Assembly: GCA_965209035.1 (NCBI GenBank)
Contig: OZ242372.1
Location: 1,568,001 to 1,632,000 of the forward strand
DNA length: 64,000 nucleotides
DNA from: Gammaproteobacteria bacterium
GTDB lineage: Bacteria > Pseudomonadota > Gammaproteobacteria > CBDBNL01 > JAAOII01
Direction of reading: 5' to 3'
The translations under genes and the position numbers were made by a program. Of this stretch, positions 9,604 through 20,902 are shown one piece after another (position 1 is the first letter of the stretch; each line of letters begins with the position of its first letter). The notes below the pieces were generated by a model. The model saw nothing but the letters and a program-made list of their open reading frames with translations. It was not told the DNA's origin and made no database searches.

Positions 9604-11895
9604 TTATCTGCCTTGCGCCGAGAGGCCGCCCGGCAGGCAATTCAGAACGGGGTATTGGTTTGCCGTGCCCAGATCCCAAACACGAACGAAGGGGGCACCT
9701 GGCCCGGTAGCGGTAGCATCTTCCATCTCGGCGTCCGTCCTTGGATCGCACCAGAAGTTGCCCCAGTCGGCATAGATATTGGCCGAACCATCCGCGGCGG
9801 CGGTAGTAAAATCGGTCGGCGATTGCAACTCGGTCGTGGTCTTACCCCTACCCAGATTACGGGCACTCGCAGACAGCATGGTGGTGTCCGTATCCCAGTA
9901 AGTGGCATTGACGGTGGTGGCATCATTGGCAAGGCCCACCAATCCACCCAGAGCACCCAAAGTACCGGATGCTGAAACCCGCCCGCCGGCGGCATAAGAA
10001 TAGCGAATCGTCGCACCCTTCCCCGCCCCAACCAGTCCGCCAACTGCATCATCCAGATTTGCGGTAACACTTCCGTTGTGCACATAAACATAGTAAATAT
10101 CAGAATTCTGCCCGTTCCCGATCAGTCCGCCAGTACTTTTACTCCCGGCAACATCCGCATCGGACACACCGGCATAGCGAATATTAGCATGCACTCCGTC
10201 CCCAATCAATCCGCCAGTACTAGCACCCCCGGCAACATCCGCATCGGACACACTGGCATAGCGAATATTAGAACGCACTCCGTCCCCAATCAGTCCGCCA
10301 ACAGAACTACCGGCAAGGTTACTAGCGTCCGCGAAAACAGTGATGCCGGCTACACGGGCATAGCGAATATTAGCAGACTGCCCAAACCCAACCAGTCCGC
10401 CGAGATTACCTCCGCTTGCGCCGCTGGAAGCACTGCCGCCGGATACATTCGCATGGCGAATTTTAGCAGACTGACCATGCCCAACCAGCCCGCCAACACT
10501 ATTGACCCCGGCAACATCTGTGCCGGATACTTGGGTATAGCGAATAGTAGCAGACTGACCATCTCCAATCAGTCCGCCCACTCCGCTAGCAGCAGGACTA
10601 CTTATCACACTGCCACTAACCGACAAATTTTCATAATGGGCATTCCTGCCATAGCCTACCAGTGCGCCCACATCATCGGCACCGAAATTGATAGTCGCAT
10701 TCCGGAGATGCAGATTCTGAAGTCCGCCGTTGAATGCACCAAATAAGCCCAGCCCGTAGATCGGACCAAACGCAGAGATGAACAGATCGGCAAGAGTATG
10801 ATCCCGACCATCAAACACAGCTGCATACCCGGTGCAAACATTATTGTCAGTACAGGAGCCGATCGGTTGCCAGCCGCTGCCACTCGTCCAAAGAGCTTGA
10901 TTGCCGCTGCTACCGCTACCCGTGGCATAGGATTCCCCATCGCTAAAATTGAGCGAGCGCATCAGTTCGTAGCCCCGGCAGCCGTCCGGCAGCGGGCAGC
11001 CCTCGGAGCCCACGGCGGTAATATCGGAAATATTCCCATCATCCTCCCCATCGCCATTGAGATCATCGCGCAGTAGGGCTAATTGATCCAAATTGTGAAT
11101 CTCGATCAAGCCGTTATCATTGTCATCCACATCCGCCGTATCAAGCGTGCCGTCATTGTCATCGTCCAAATCCTCATCACTATCCTGACAGCCGTCGCCG
11201 TCATGGTCCGTAGACGGATTGGAGGTCCAACCCGTATCGCCGCGCGGACAGTCGTCGGCAAGATCATTCAGGCCATCATTATCATCGTCATCATCACAGG
11301 CATCGCCTAGCGGATCCATATCGCTATTGAGTTGCCGGGGATTAACAATGCCGCGGCAGTTGTCTTCCGCATTCGGAACTCCGTCCCTGTCAGTGTCTCC
11401 CGTCGGGTTGCCACCCCCGGGTCCGGTCCTTGCCGGGTTCGCCGCCGTAACCGCAGCTGCGCGGCCACCCGTATAGAGCACCACAATCGTTAGATTGTAG
11501 GCGGCATCATGCATCAGCCCCTCAAGAGTGATGCTCACGCGTGCACCGGCCAAGGTGCTCACATCCGGTGCCGTCAAATTTTGCATGCCGGCGTCGCCCG
11601 CATCTTGCGTATTCTCCCAAGTAATATTGAAGCCGGCAATATTGGGTTGATTCGGATTCTTCCAAGAGACGACAAGACTCGTGTTGGTATCTCCCGCCAC
11701 AAACTCAATCTCAGCAACACCGAAATTATCGGGGGGGGGGGGGGGACTACCGCCGCCTCCGCTTCCGCCGCCGCAAGCGGCGAGCAAGACGGCCGACAAG
11801 CCGATGGTTAATAATAGGATGCTGCCGCGGTGTGCCGTTTGGCCGGCTGCGACGATGCCGTTGCTACGGATAGCGTGTATTGCGAATATGCTCAT
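9604..11895 (-). CDS. FN3/TSP3/GLUG-repeat surface lipoprotein, copy 2; in frame (C15, phase ON)
   Basis: Lipobox LLAAC, FN3-like LVVSWKNP...YNLTIVV, Ca-binding DxDxDG/DNC repeats, multiple GGLVG/GGLIG repeats. Confidence 0.9.
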   Translation of the reverse strand: MSIFAIHAIRSNGIVAAGQTAHRGSILLLTIGLSAVLLAACGGGSGGGGSPPPPPDNFGVAEIEFVAGDTNTSLVVSWKNPNQPNIAGFNITWENTQDAGDAGMQNLTAPDVSTLAGARVSITLEGLMHDAAYNLTIVVLYTGGRAAAVTAANPARTGPGGGNPTGDTDRDGVPNAEDNCRGIVNPRQLNSDMDPLGDACDDDDDNDGLNDLADDCPRGDTGWTSNPSTDHDGDGCQDSDEDLDDDNDGTLDTADVDDNDNGLIEIHNLDQLALLRDDLNGDGEDDGNISDITAVGSEGCPLPDGCRGYELMRSLNFSDGESYATGSGSSGNQALWTSGSGWQPIGSCTDNNVCTGYAAVFDGRDHTLADLFISAFGPIYGLGLFGAFNGGLQNLHLRNATINFGADDVGALVGYGRNAHYENLSVSGSVISSPAASGVGGLIGDGQSATIRYTQVSGTDVAGVNSVGGLVGHGQSAKIRHANVSGGSASSGASGGNLGGLVGFGQSANIRYARVAGITVFADASNLAGSSVGGLIGDGVRSNIRYASVSDADVAGGASTGGLIGDGVHANIRYAGVSDADVAGSKSTGGLIGNGQNSDIYYVYVHNGSVTANLDDAVGGLVGAGKGATIRYSYAAGGRVSASGTLGALGGLVGLANDATTVNATYWDTDTTMLSASARNLGRGKTTTELQSPTDFTTAAADGSANIYADWGNFWCDPRTDAEMEDATATGPGAPFVRVWDLGTANQYPVLNCLPGGLSAQGR
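11731..11745 (-). repeat. Poly-C tract (15 nt), in frame (Pro5)
   Basis: Counted G15 on the + strand. Confidence 0.9.
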
Positions 11896-11961
11896 AATGA
11901 ATGATTGATTGTTTTTATTAAAGATAAAATCATTTTTGTCTTTTTTTACCCGCTTATCTGC

Positions 11962-14377
11962 TTACCTGCCTTGCGCCGAGAGGCCGCCCGGCAGGCAATT
12001 CAGAACGGGGTATTGGTTTGCCGTGCCTAGATCCCAGACACGAACGAAGGGGGCACCCGGCCCGGTAGCGGTAGCATCTTCCCTCTCAGCGTCCGTCCTT
12101 GGATCGCACCAGAAGTTGCCCCAGTCGGCATAGATATTGGCCGAACCATCCGCGGCGGCGGTAGTAAAATCGGTTGGCGATTGCAATTCCATTGTGGTCT
12201 TACCCTCACCCAGATTAAGGGCACTCGTAGACAGCATGGTGGTGTCCGTATCCCAGTAAGTGGCATTGACGGTGATCCTATCGGCAGCACCCACCAACCC
12301 ACCCGGACCACCTAAGCTATTGGAGGTTGAAACCTCTCCGCCGGCGGCATAAGAATAGCGAATCGTCGCCTTACCTCCATCCCCAACCAGTCCGCCGATC
12401 GCATCATCCCGAGTTCCGGCAACACTTCCGTTGTGCACATAAACATAGCGAATATTAGCAGACTCACCAAACCCAACCAGTCCGCCAACATTGGAATTCC
12501 CGGAAACATCCGCGCCGGACACACCGGCATAGCGAATAGTAGCATTCTCTCCTCTCCCAATCAATCCGCCAACACGCTCATTAACTCCGGCAACATCCAC
12601 GCCGGACACACCGGCATAGCGAATATTAGCAGACGGGCCATTCCCAACCAGTCCGCCAACATTGGAATTCCCGGAAACATCCGCGCCGGACACACCGGCA
12701 TAGCGAATAGTAGCATTCTCTCCTCTCCCAACCAGTCCGCCAACATTAACACTCCCGGAACTCCCAGTGACATCCGTGCCGGACACACCGGCATAGCGAA
12801 TATTAGCATGATCCCCAAGCCCAATCAGTCCGCCGGCAAGTCCGCCGGCAACCCTTCCGCCGGATACATTCGCATGGCGAATTTTAGCAGACGGACCATT
12901 CCCAACCAGTCCGCCAACAAAGCCAACCAGTTCGCTAACCTGTCCGGCCCCGGCAACATCTGTGCCGGACACACGGGCATAGCGAATAGTGGCGGACTGA
13001 CCATCTCCAATCAGTCCGCCCACTCTGTCAGCATTAGGACTACTTATCACACTGCCACGAACCGACAGATTTTCATAATGGGCATTTCTGCCATAGCCTA
13101 CCAGTGCACCCACCCCATCGAAACCGAAATTAATAGTCGCATTCCGGAGATGCAGATTCTGAAGACTGCCGTTGAATGCGCCAAATAAGCCCAGCCCGAG
13201 TATCCTGATCGTAGAGGGCCCAGAGATGAACAGATCGGCAAGAGTATGGTCCCGACCATCAAACACAGCCGCATACGACACATAACTCCGGCATCTGACC
13301 ACAAACAGGTTTACGACATCTACGGCAGTACAGGAGCCGATCGGCTGCCAGCCGTTGCCACTGCGATTTGTCCAAACAGCTTGATTGTCGCTGCTACCGC
13401 TACCCGTGGCATAGGAATCCGCATCGCTGAAATTGAGCGAGCGCATCAGTTCGTAGCCCCGGCAGCCGTCCGGGACCGGACAGCCCTCGGCACCCACGGC
13501 GGTAACATCGGAAATATTCCCATCATCCTCCCCATCGCCATTGAGATCATCGCGCAGCCGCGCCAAGTCATCCAATGTGTAGATTTCTATCAAGCCGTTA
13601 TCATTGTCATCCACATCCGCCGTATCAAGCGTGCCGTCATTGTCATCGTCCAAATCCTCATCGCTATCCTGACAGCCGTCGCCGTCATGGTCCGTAGACG
13701 GATTGGAGGTCCAACCCGTATCGCCGCGCGGACAGTCGTCGGCAAGATCATTCAGGCCATCATTATCATCGTCATCATCACAGGCATCGCCTAGCGGATC
13801 CGTATCGTTATTGAGTTGCCGGGGATTAACAATGCCGCGGCAGTTGTCCGCCGCATTCGGAACTCCGTCCCTGTCAGTGTCTCCCGTCGGATTGCTACCC
13901 CCGGGTCCGGTCCTTGCCGGGTCCGCCGCCGTAACCGATGCCGCGCGGCCACCCGTATAGAGCACCACAATCGTTAGATTGTAGGTGGCATCATGCATCA
14001 GCCCCTCAAGAGTGATGCTCACGCGTGCACCGGCCAAGGTGCTCACATCCGGTGCTGTCAAATTTTGCATGCCGGCGTCGTCCGCATCTTGCGTATTCTC
14101 CCAAGTAATATTGAAGCCGGCAATATTGGGTTGATTCGGATTCTTCCAAGAGACGACAAGACTCGTGTTGGTATCTCCCGCCACAAACTCAATCTCAGCA
14201 ACACCGAAATTATCGGGGGGGGGGGGGGGGACTACCGCCGCCTCCGCCACCGCCGCAAGCGGCGAGCAAGACGGCCGACAAGCCGATGGTTAATAATAGG
14301 ATGCTGCCGCGGTGTGCCGTTCGGCCGGCTGCGACGATGCCGTTGCTACGGATAGCGTGTATTGCGAATATGCTCAT
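11962..14377 (-). pseudogene. FN3/TSP3/GLUG-repeat surface lipoprotein, copy 3; out of frame at a C16 tract (phase OFF)
   Basis: ATG at 14377 with the same signal peptide; G16 at 14215-14230; remainder intact; contains an internal 171-bp duplication. Confidence 0.85.
14215..14230 (-). repeat. Poly-C tract (16 nt), out of frame
   Basis: Counted G16 on the + strand. Confidence 0.9.
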
Positions 14378-16533
14378 AATGAATAATTGATTGTTTTATT
14401 AAAAGATAAAATCAGCATAGTTAATATTTTACCATATTTCGGCGAGACTAATGCAAAGACCAGGCAAAGACTATGCAAAGACTAGGCAAACATCCGTTCC
14501 GCTTGTCGGTTATTGTTTACTGCCGTTGTTGTGCCGGGCTGAGGGGAAGGCAGTTCAAGGCGGGGTATTGGTTGGCCGCACCCAGATCCCACAGACGAAT
14601 GAAAGGGGCACCGGGGCCGCCGGCATCTGTGGTTTCCCGGATCTCGAGACTAACCGGATCACACCAGAAGTTGCCCCAGAGTGCGTAGATGTTGTCCGTC
14701 CCGGTGAAGTTAGTCGGGGTCTGCAGCTCCGCAGTTGTCTTCGCCGCCGTTCCTGTCTTCCCCACATGAACACCTCCCGACACTAGCGACTGCCTTGTGG
14801 TTTGCGTGTCCCAATAGGATGCGATGAATAATGTTGTCGTTATGAAAAGGGCGGAATTACCGATCAAGCCGCCGGTAAATGCATTGCCTGAGATCTCGCC
14901 ACTGGCCACATAGGAATAACGACCTTCAGACATGCTCCCGATGCCGGACAATCCACCCACCGATCGAAGAAAAACAGAAATGCGACGACCTCCAAGACCA
15001 CCAACACTGCCACGGACCACATAGGAATGACGAACATCGGCACCTATCCCATTACCGAGCACCCCGCCAATAAACGTACCACCATGCGCATCAAGGGCTG
15101 TAATATTCGCATCGGACACGGACACGGCACGAATCGTCGCACCCTCTCCATCGCCGACCAGACCGCCGAGACGATTGTCACCGGCAACAGTCACATCGGA
15201 CACAGCCGCGGCATGAATCGTCGCACGCCGTCCATCGCCGACCAGACCGCCGACACGATCATCATCGGCACTGGCATGGTCATCAGCGGCACGCACAGTC
15301 GCATCGGACACGAAGGCGGCCCGAAGCGTCGCATCCCGTCCATCGCCGACCAGGCCGCCGATCTGATCATCACCGGCAACAGCCGCACCGGACACGGATA
15401 CCGCACGCATCATAGTATCCGCACCGGACGCATCGCCAACCAGACCACCGACAGAATCCGCGGACGCACTCATGATCACTCCCCCGATAACCGACAGATT
15501 CTCATAACGAGCATTGCGGCCATAGCCCGCCAGCAGACCCACATCATTGGCGCCGCCACTGACATTCGCATTTCGGAGATGCAGATTTTGGATAGTGCCA
15601 TTGAACGCACCAAACAAGCCGATGCCATTGACGGTATGATTGACAGAAATGAACAGATCGGCAATGCGATAACCGCCGCCGTCAAACACAGCCGTCCAAG
15701 GAGTGCAAGTATTCCGGGCGGAGCAGGAGCCGATCGGCTGCCAGCCGCTGCCGCTGCGATTTGTCCAAGCAGCCTTATTAGCACTGCCCGGCAAATAGGA
15801 AGCCGCATCGCTGAAATTCAGCGAGCGGGTTAACTCATAGCCTGCACAGCCGTCCGGGAGCGGGCAGCCCGCGGCACCCACAGAGGTAATCTCGTCAATA
15901 TTCTCATCATCATCTCCATCGCCGTCCAGATCATCGCGCAGTAAGGCTAACTGGTCCAAGCTGTGAATCTCTATCAAGCCGTCACCGTCATAGTCCAAAT
16001 CATCCGCATTCGCCACACCATCACCATCAATATCGTCCGGATCCGTTCCGGTGATGCCTTCAACCGAAGTTGAAGCCACCGAAGTGCCATCCGCATAACG
16101 CACTGTAACTGTGATGCGATAGGTGGCAGCATAGTTTAGATTCGTAATCTTATATGTATTATCCGAAGCACCCGCCACAACATTCGCCAGGGAATCAGTA
16201 AGTTCCATTTCTCCTCTATCGGTCGGATCGGCATCATCGCCAACATTGATCCAATTAATATTGAACCCGCTGATACTCTCCCGGTTTGGATTGGTCCAAC
16301 TCACGATAATATTATTCCCACTGACCATGGTTCGGATACCGGAAACAGCCAGAGGATCGGGAGGAGGAACAATAGGGTTATCGATATCATCCGGATCCCG
16401 CCCGGTCGTGACTTGAACCGAACCCAAAACTACGGGATCTTGACCCTCATAACGCACCGTCACTGTGATTTTGTAAGTAGCCGCATAGGTTAGATTCGTA
16501 ATCTTATATGTATTATCCGAAGCACCCGCCGCA

Positions 16534-17837
16534 TGCATGATCTCATAAAGGTTCTGGACTCTGAGTTTGGTATTGTGCGTCCTCAGATCAAGCAGCCGGA
16601 TGTTCTGTCGGACGGGTCGAAAATAGATCCGGCAACGGGTCTCCGGTATGTGGAGCTAGATGAATGAAACGGGCAAGAAAGATGGATAGCTGTTTTGCTC
16701 TCACCGCCGCAGACAGCGGAGGCTTGTTGTTGATAAAACTGTCTAGGTGTATCCGCTGGCAAGACGGTACGGTGTGCGAGAGCGGCTGCACCGCGGAGGT
16801 GATTTGAAATGAGAGGAACACGTTTACGCTACATTGGTTATCGCGTGCGCGGTTTCAATAAAATGGTGGTTTTAGCAAACAAATATTCAAACATGTCTAA
16901 AACCACCAAAATCAAACTGGACACCTTAGCGTTCGCGCGCAAACATGGTGTCGCGGCGGCGCTGGATCATGCCGGGATCAGTCGTGCTACATTCTACGAG
17001 TGGCAGCGGCGTTTCCGTGAAGGCGGGGTCGATGAACTGGCGAACAACTATGGGTATCAGCCCAAGCGGTCCAACACCTGGCCACCGGCACTGATTACCA
17101 AGATCCGATCTTGGCGACAACAGCGTCCGAACATCGGTGCCGGTAAACTGGTCTGCTTGTTACCCGAATGGTGTCAGCAGCGCGGGCTGCCGCTGCCCAG
17201 CCAATCAACGCTCTCTCGCATCATTGCCGATGACCCGGATAAGATGCGGTGCAAACCATCGCGGTCCGTGCCGAAACGCCTGCGGCAAGGTGCTCCGCGC
17301 GAGCGCAAGGACATCCGCTTTGTTGCGGGCCGGAGAGGTGAATGTGTTGCCTTTGATACGCTCGTCCGCATCGTCGATGGCCGGCGCTTTTATTGGCATG
17401 TCGGCATTGATCTATTTTCCCGCTTCTCACTGGTCAGTGTCGACACCTCGGCTGCTTCGGCCAGTTCCGCCCGGCTCTTTACCGCCATGCAAAACATACT
17501 CGGCACTCGGATCGAAAAAGTCCTCACCGATAATGGCAGTGAGTTCGCCAAAGACTTTCACCGGGTCGTGACCGCAAACGGCAGCACCCACTGGTATACT
17601 TATCCAAGGAAACCGCAAATGAATGCACACTGCGAACGGTTTAATCGCACTCTCTGGGAAGAGTTCGGTTGTCATATGCGGCATCTCTTGGTTAAGGATA
17701 TGCCGGCATTCAACGCCAAACTCATCGAGTGGTTGGCTTGGTATAATCTGGAACGTCCCCATTATGCTCTCAAACAACTCTCGCCAATCCAGTTTTTGCA
17801 AAAACAAAAAAAGTCCAGAAATGGGTGGGATCATACA
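16534..17837 (+). mobile_element. IS481-family insertion sequence, copy 1 (1304 bp), 5-bp TSD CCGCA
   Basis: Imperfect IRs TGCATGATCTCATAAAGGTTCTGGACT / TGTATGATCCCACCCATTTCTGGACT; CCGCA at 16529-16533 and 17838-17842. Confidence 0.92.
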
Positions 17838-17864
17838 CCGCAACATTCGCCCGGGGAGGATTAA
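16809..17864 (+). CDS. IS481-family transposase (HTH + rve DDE); true start probably downstream (e.g. 16893)
   Basis: ISRATFYEW HTH; VGIDLFSR, LTDNGSEF, PQMNAHCERFNRTL, WYNLERPH. Confidence 0.92.
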   Translation: MRGTRLRYIGYRVRGFNKMVVLANKYSNMSKTTKIKLDTLAFARKHGVAAALDHAGISRATFYEWQRRFREGGVDELANNYGYQPKRSNTWPPALITKIRSWRQQRPNIGAGKLVCLLPEWCQQRGLPLPSQSTLSRIIADDPDKMRCKPSRSVPKRLRQGAPRERKDIRFVAGRRGECVAFDTLVRIVDGRRFYWHVGIDLFSRFSLVSVDTSAASASSARLFTAMQNILGTRIEKVLTDNGSEFAKDFHRVVTANGSTHWYTYPRKPQMNAHCERFNRTLWEEFGCHMRHLLVKDMPAFNAKLIEWLAWYNLERPHYALKQLSPIQFLQKQKKSRNGWDHTPQHSPGED

Positions 17865-18478
17865 ATTCCTCTATGCCGCCATCGCTCGCATTGGCAACAT
17901 TTGAGTTCACAACCCAATTAATATTGAACCCGGTGATATTATCCTGTTCCGGATTGGTCCAACTCACGGTAATATTATTCCCACTGGCAGTGGCTTCGAT
18001 ACCGGAAACAGCCCGACCATCACCGCCGTCGGAACCGCCGCCGCCACAAGCGGCGAGCAAGACGGCCGGCAGGGCGATGGTTAATAATAGGATGAATAAT
18101 ATTGTGCCGCGGTGTGCCGTTCGGCTGGCTGCGGTGATGCCGTTGCTACGGATAGCGTGTATTGCGAATATGCTCATAATGAATAATTGATTGTTTTATT
18201 AAAAGATGAAATCAGCATAGTTAATATTTTACCCTATTTCGGCGAGGCTAGGCAGGGGCTAGGCAGGGACTAGGCACTTGCTATGAACCGGAGGACTGCG
18301 TGTGTGGGGGTGGTGACGGGGGCTTTTTGCCCCCGTATCTTGTTTGAGTGTCCCCCGATGTGACTGTTATAACAGTTAAGGGAACCTTTAATTAATGCGT
18401 TGCGTTATATCCGTCCGCAATACTTCCGAGAAAATCATGCCGGGATGGGCTTTTTGTCATCCGCTTCAAAATCTCAGT

Positions 18479-20800
18479 TTATCCAATTTGGCGATTAACC
18501 GAAAGGCGTAGTTGTTGCAGATTGCGTTTCTTTAGGATGCTCGGCACGGATCCTTTGTTTCCCGGCTTACTCAGGCGGGAATTCCATTTTGTCCATTGCA
18601 GCACACTCTCGCCGTTTTCCGTAATCAGAACTGCGTCGCCGGTTTGTAAGATCAGAGTTTGGCGCAAGGTGTCGCCCTTGCTCAACTTCATCAAAGTGTT
18701 TCCTCTGCCGGCCTTCATTTTGGGGATCTGTTGAATGTCCGCTACGATCACGCGCCCCTTCGCGGAAAGACAAAGAACATAGATCCCCGCGATCTTCGCG
18801 GTCCCCGCGGTTTTTGCTTCTTTGTTGGGAATCGGCAGCGGCTGCACCAATCCGGCGTTGTTCTTAATCCTCATCACCAACTTGCCGCGCTTGCGTCCTT
18901 TCGCCAGCATATCACCGTAGTTGGCAATAAAAGCATGGCCGGTTTTTGACACCAGCAGAAAGTTTTCCGCCGCCGTGGCAAGGGCCGCTCCCGAAATGGT
19001 CACCCCGTCGGCGATATCCAATCGGCTGCTCAGCGGCTCGCCCAGGCCGCGCGCCGAAGGCAAGTCGGCGGCCGGGAGTGTGTATGCCCGCCCGCTGTTA
19101 TCGAAAAACAAAGCATATTGGTCGCTATATCCCTCTGTCGCGCCGAGCAGGCTGTCGCCGTCGCGATAGGAAAATTCTTCCGCCTTGAGTTCGTGTCCTT
19201 TTGCCAGCCTGACCCAGCCTTCCGTTGATACGACCAGGGTAACCGCTTCTCGCCCGATCGTCTGTTCCTGTTTGAGTATCCGGGCTGCCGGCGCTTTGTC
19301 TTTCTCGGCAAACTGTGTTCGGCGAGCATCGCCAAATTCTTTTTTGATCCGCTTTAAGTCGTCTTTCATTTGTTTGGTGATCTTGTCTTCGGACTTTAGA
19401 GTGGTCTCCAGATAGCGTCTTAGGTCGGTTAGTTTTTCTTCTTCGCCCCGAATCTTCTCTTCTTCCAGTTTTGCCAGATGGCGTAACTTGGTTTCCAAAA
19501 TGGCTTCCGCCTGGACTTCGGTAAGCGAGAATTTTTTGATTAGAATCGGTTTGGGATGGTCGTTGTTGCGGATGATTTTAATCACTTCGTCCAGATCCAG
19601 GTAAACTCTCAGCAATCCTTCCAATATATGCAGCCGGGCAAGAATTTTATCCAGTTGTGCTTGCATCCGTTTTTTGACGGTCTCCCGGCGAAAATCCAGC
19701 CATTCAAACAGGATGCTGTCCAAGGATCTTGTTTGGGGTTTCCCCCCGGTGCCGATGACATTGAGGTTGACGCGGACGCTCTTTTCCAGGTCGGTGGTGG
19801 CAAACAGATGTGCCATCAGGCTATCCGGCTCCTTGCCGCGGCGCATGAGGATCACTAAATGAATCGGGTTTTCGTCGTCCGACTCGTCGCGCAGGTCCGT
19901 GATCATAGGAAGTTTCCGGTTCTGTATCTGCTGCCGTATTTGTTCCACGATGCGCAACACCGAGGTCTGCGGCGGCAAATCGGTGATGATCACTTTTTGT
20001 CCTTCCTGTTTGTATGCGGCGCGCACCTGCATATTGCCTCTGCCGGTCACATACATTTCTTCCAGTGCCTGCTCCGAAGACACAATAATACCGCCGCAGG
20101 GGAAGTCGGGCATGGGCATCATTTTGCGAATCTTTTGAATCAGTCTTCTTGTCTCCTGTGTTGTTTGCGGCCGCTTTTTTTGGTCTAATAGGAACCTGCA
20201 AACTTCCGTTATTTCGCTCAGATTATGCGAAGGGATATCCGTTGCCATGCCAACGGCGATGCCGGAGGCTCCGTTTAGCAGAAGGTTTGGTACCTGTGCC
20301 GGCAGCAATTTCGGCTCTTGCATTGTATTGTCAAAGTTCGGTTGCCATTCCGCGGTTGCCTGCTCCAATTCGTTGAGCAGAAGTTCCGCATAGGGGGTGA
20401 GCCGCGCTTCGGTGTAACGCATGGCGGCAAAAGATTTGGGGTCGTCAGTAGATCCCCAGTTTCCTTGCCCGTCAATTAACGGATATCTGGTGGAAAACTT
20501 TTGCGCCATCAAAACCATAGCCTCGTAACATGCCACATCTCCGTGCGGATGATACTTGCCAAGGACATCGCCAATGGTGCGCGCCGATTTCTTGTATTTT
20601 GCCCCTTTGGCGAGTCCCAGTTCGGACATTGCGTAGATGAGCCTGCGTTGAACCGGTTTTAAGCCATCGGCAAGTTGCGGCAGTGCTCGATCCAGAATAA
20701 CAAACATCGAGTAGTTGAGGTAGGAACGCTCCACATAGTCCGCCAGATTTTCGAGTTCCGGCGGGCGATGTTTTGGTTCTTTTTTTGCTTTGGTTGCCAT
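18479..20800 (-). CDS. parC: DNA topoisomerase IV subunit A
   Basis: [40 protein letters not shown]. Confidence 0.96.
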   Translation of the reverse strand: MATKAKKEPKHRPPELENLADYVERSYLNYSMFVILDRALPQLADGLKPVQRRLIYAMSELGLAKGAKYKKSARTIGDVLGKYHPHGDVACYEAMVLMAQKFSTRYPLIDGQGNWGSTDDPKSFAAMRYTEARLTPYAELLLNELEQATAEWQPNFDNTMQEPKLLPAQVPNLLLNGASGIAVGMATDIPSHNLSEITEVCRFLLDQKKRPQTTQETRRLIQKIRKMMPMPDFPCGGIIVSSEQALEEMYVTGRGNMQVRAAYKQEGQKVIITDLPPQTSVLRIVEQIRQQIQNRKLPMITDLRDESDDENPIHLVILMRRGKEPDSLMAHLFATTDLEKSVRVNLNVIGTGGKPQTRSLDSILFEWLDFRRETVKKRMQAQLDKILARLHILEGLLRVYLDLDEVIKIIRNNDHPKPILIKKFSLTEVQAEAILETKLRHLAKLEEEKIRGEEEKLTDLRRYLETTLKSEDKITKQMKDDLKRIKKEFGDARRTQFAEKDKAPAARILKQEQTIGREAVTLVVSTEGWVRLAKGHELKAEEFSYRDGDSLLGATEGYSDQYALFFDNSGRAYTLPAADLPSARGLGEPLSSRLDIADGVTISGAALATAAENFLLVSKTGHAFIANYGDMLAKGRKRGKLVMRIKNNAGLVQPLPIPNKEAKTAGTAKIAGIYVLCLSAKGRVIVADIQQIPKMKAGRGNTLMKLSKGDTLRQTLILQTGDAVLITENGESVLQWTKWNSRLSKPGNKGSVPSILKKRNLQQLRLSVNRQIG

Positions 20801-20902
20801 ACTTTCTGTGCTTTCTGTGCTTCCGATACTTTCGCGCTGCTTTCGCTGCTTTTTTTGATGCTTCCGGGCGGGCGGTACTAGTGCGGTCTGTGTTCTTTCT
20901 TC

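Larger units (their letters stand above)
14517..18177 (-). pseudogene. Divergent FN3/GLUG-repeat lipoprotein, copy 4, interrupted by IS481
   Basis: The N-terminal piece (...PPRANVA) and C-terminal piece (AGASDNTYKIT...) join in frame once 16534-17837 and one CCGCA are removed; two FN3-like units; no poly-C tract. Confidence 0.88.

Noticed and set aside
7239-14377. Diversity-generating retroelement acting on the lipoprotein array
   Set aside because: No reverse transcriptase or template repeat in the window; differences include indels and all base types, not adenine-specific.
7500-15500. CRISPR-like periodic repeats (CAGTCCGCC, GGCATAGCGAATA every ~85-100 bp)
   Set aside because: They are in-frame codons of GLUG protein repeats; no cas genes.
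18316-18336. Hairpin ACGGGGGC-TTTTT-GCCCCCGT as the parC terminator
   Set aside because: No U-tract on the minus strand; function not supportable.
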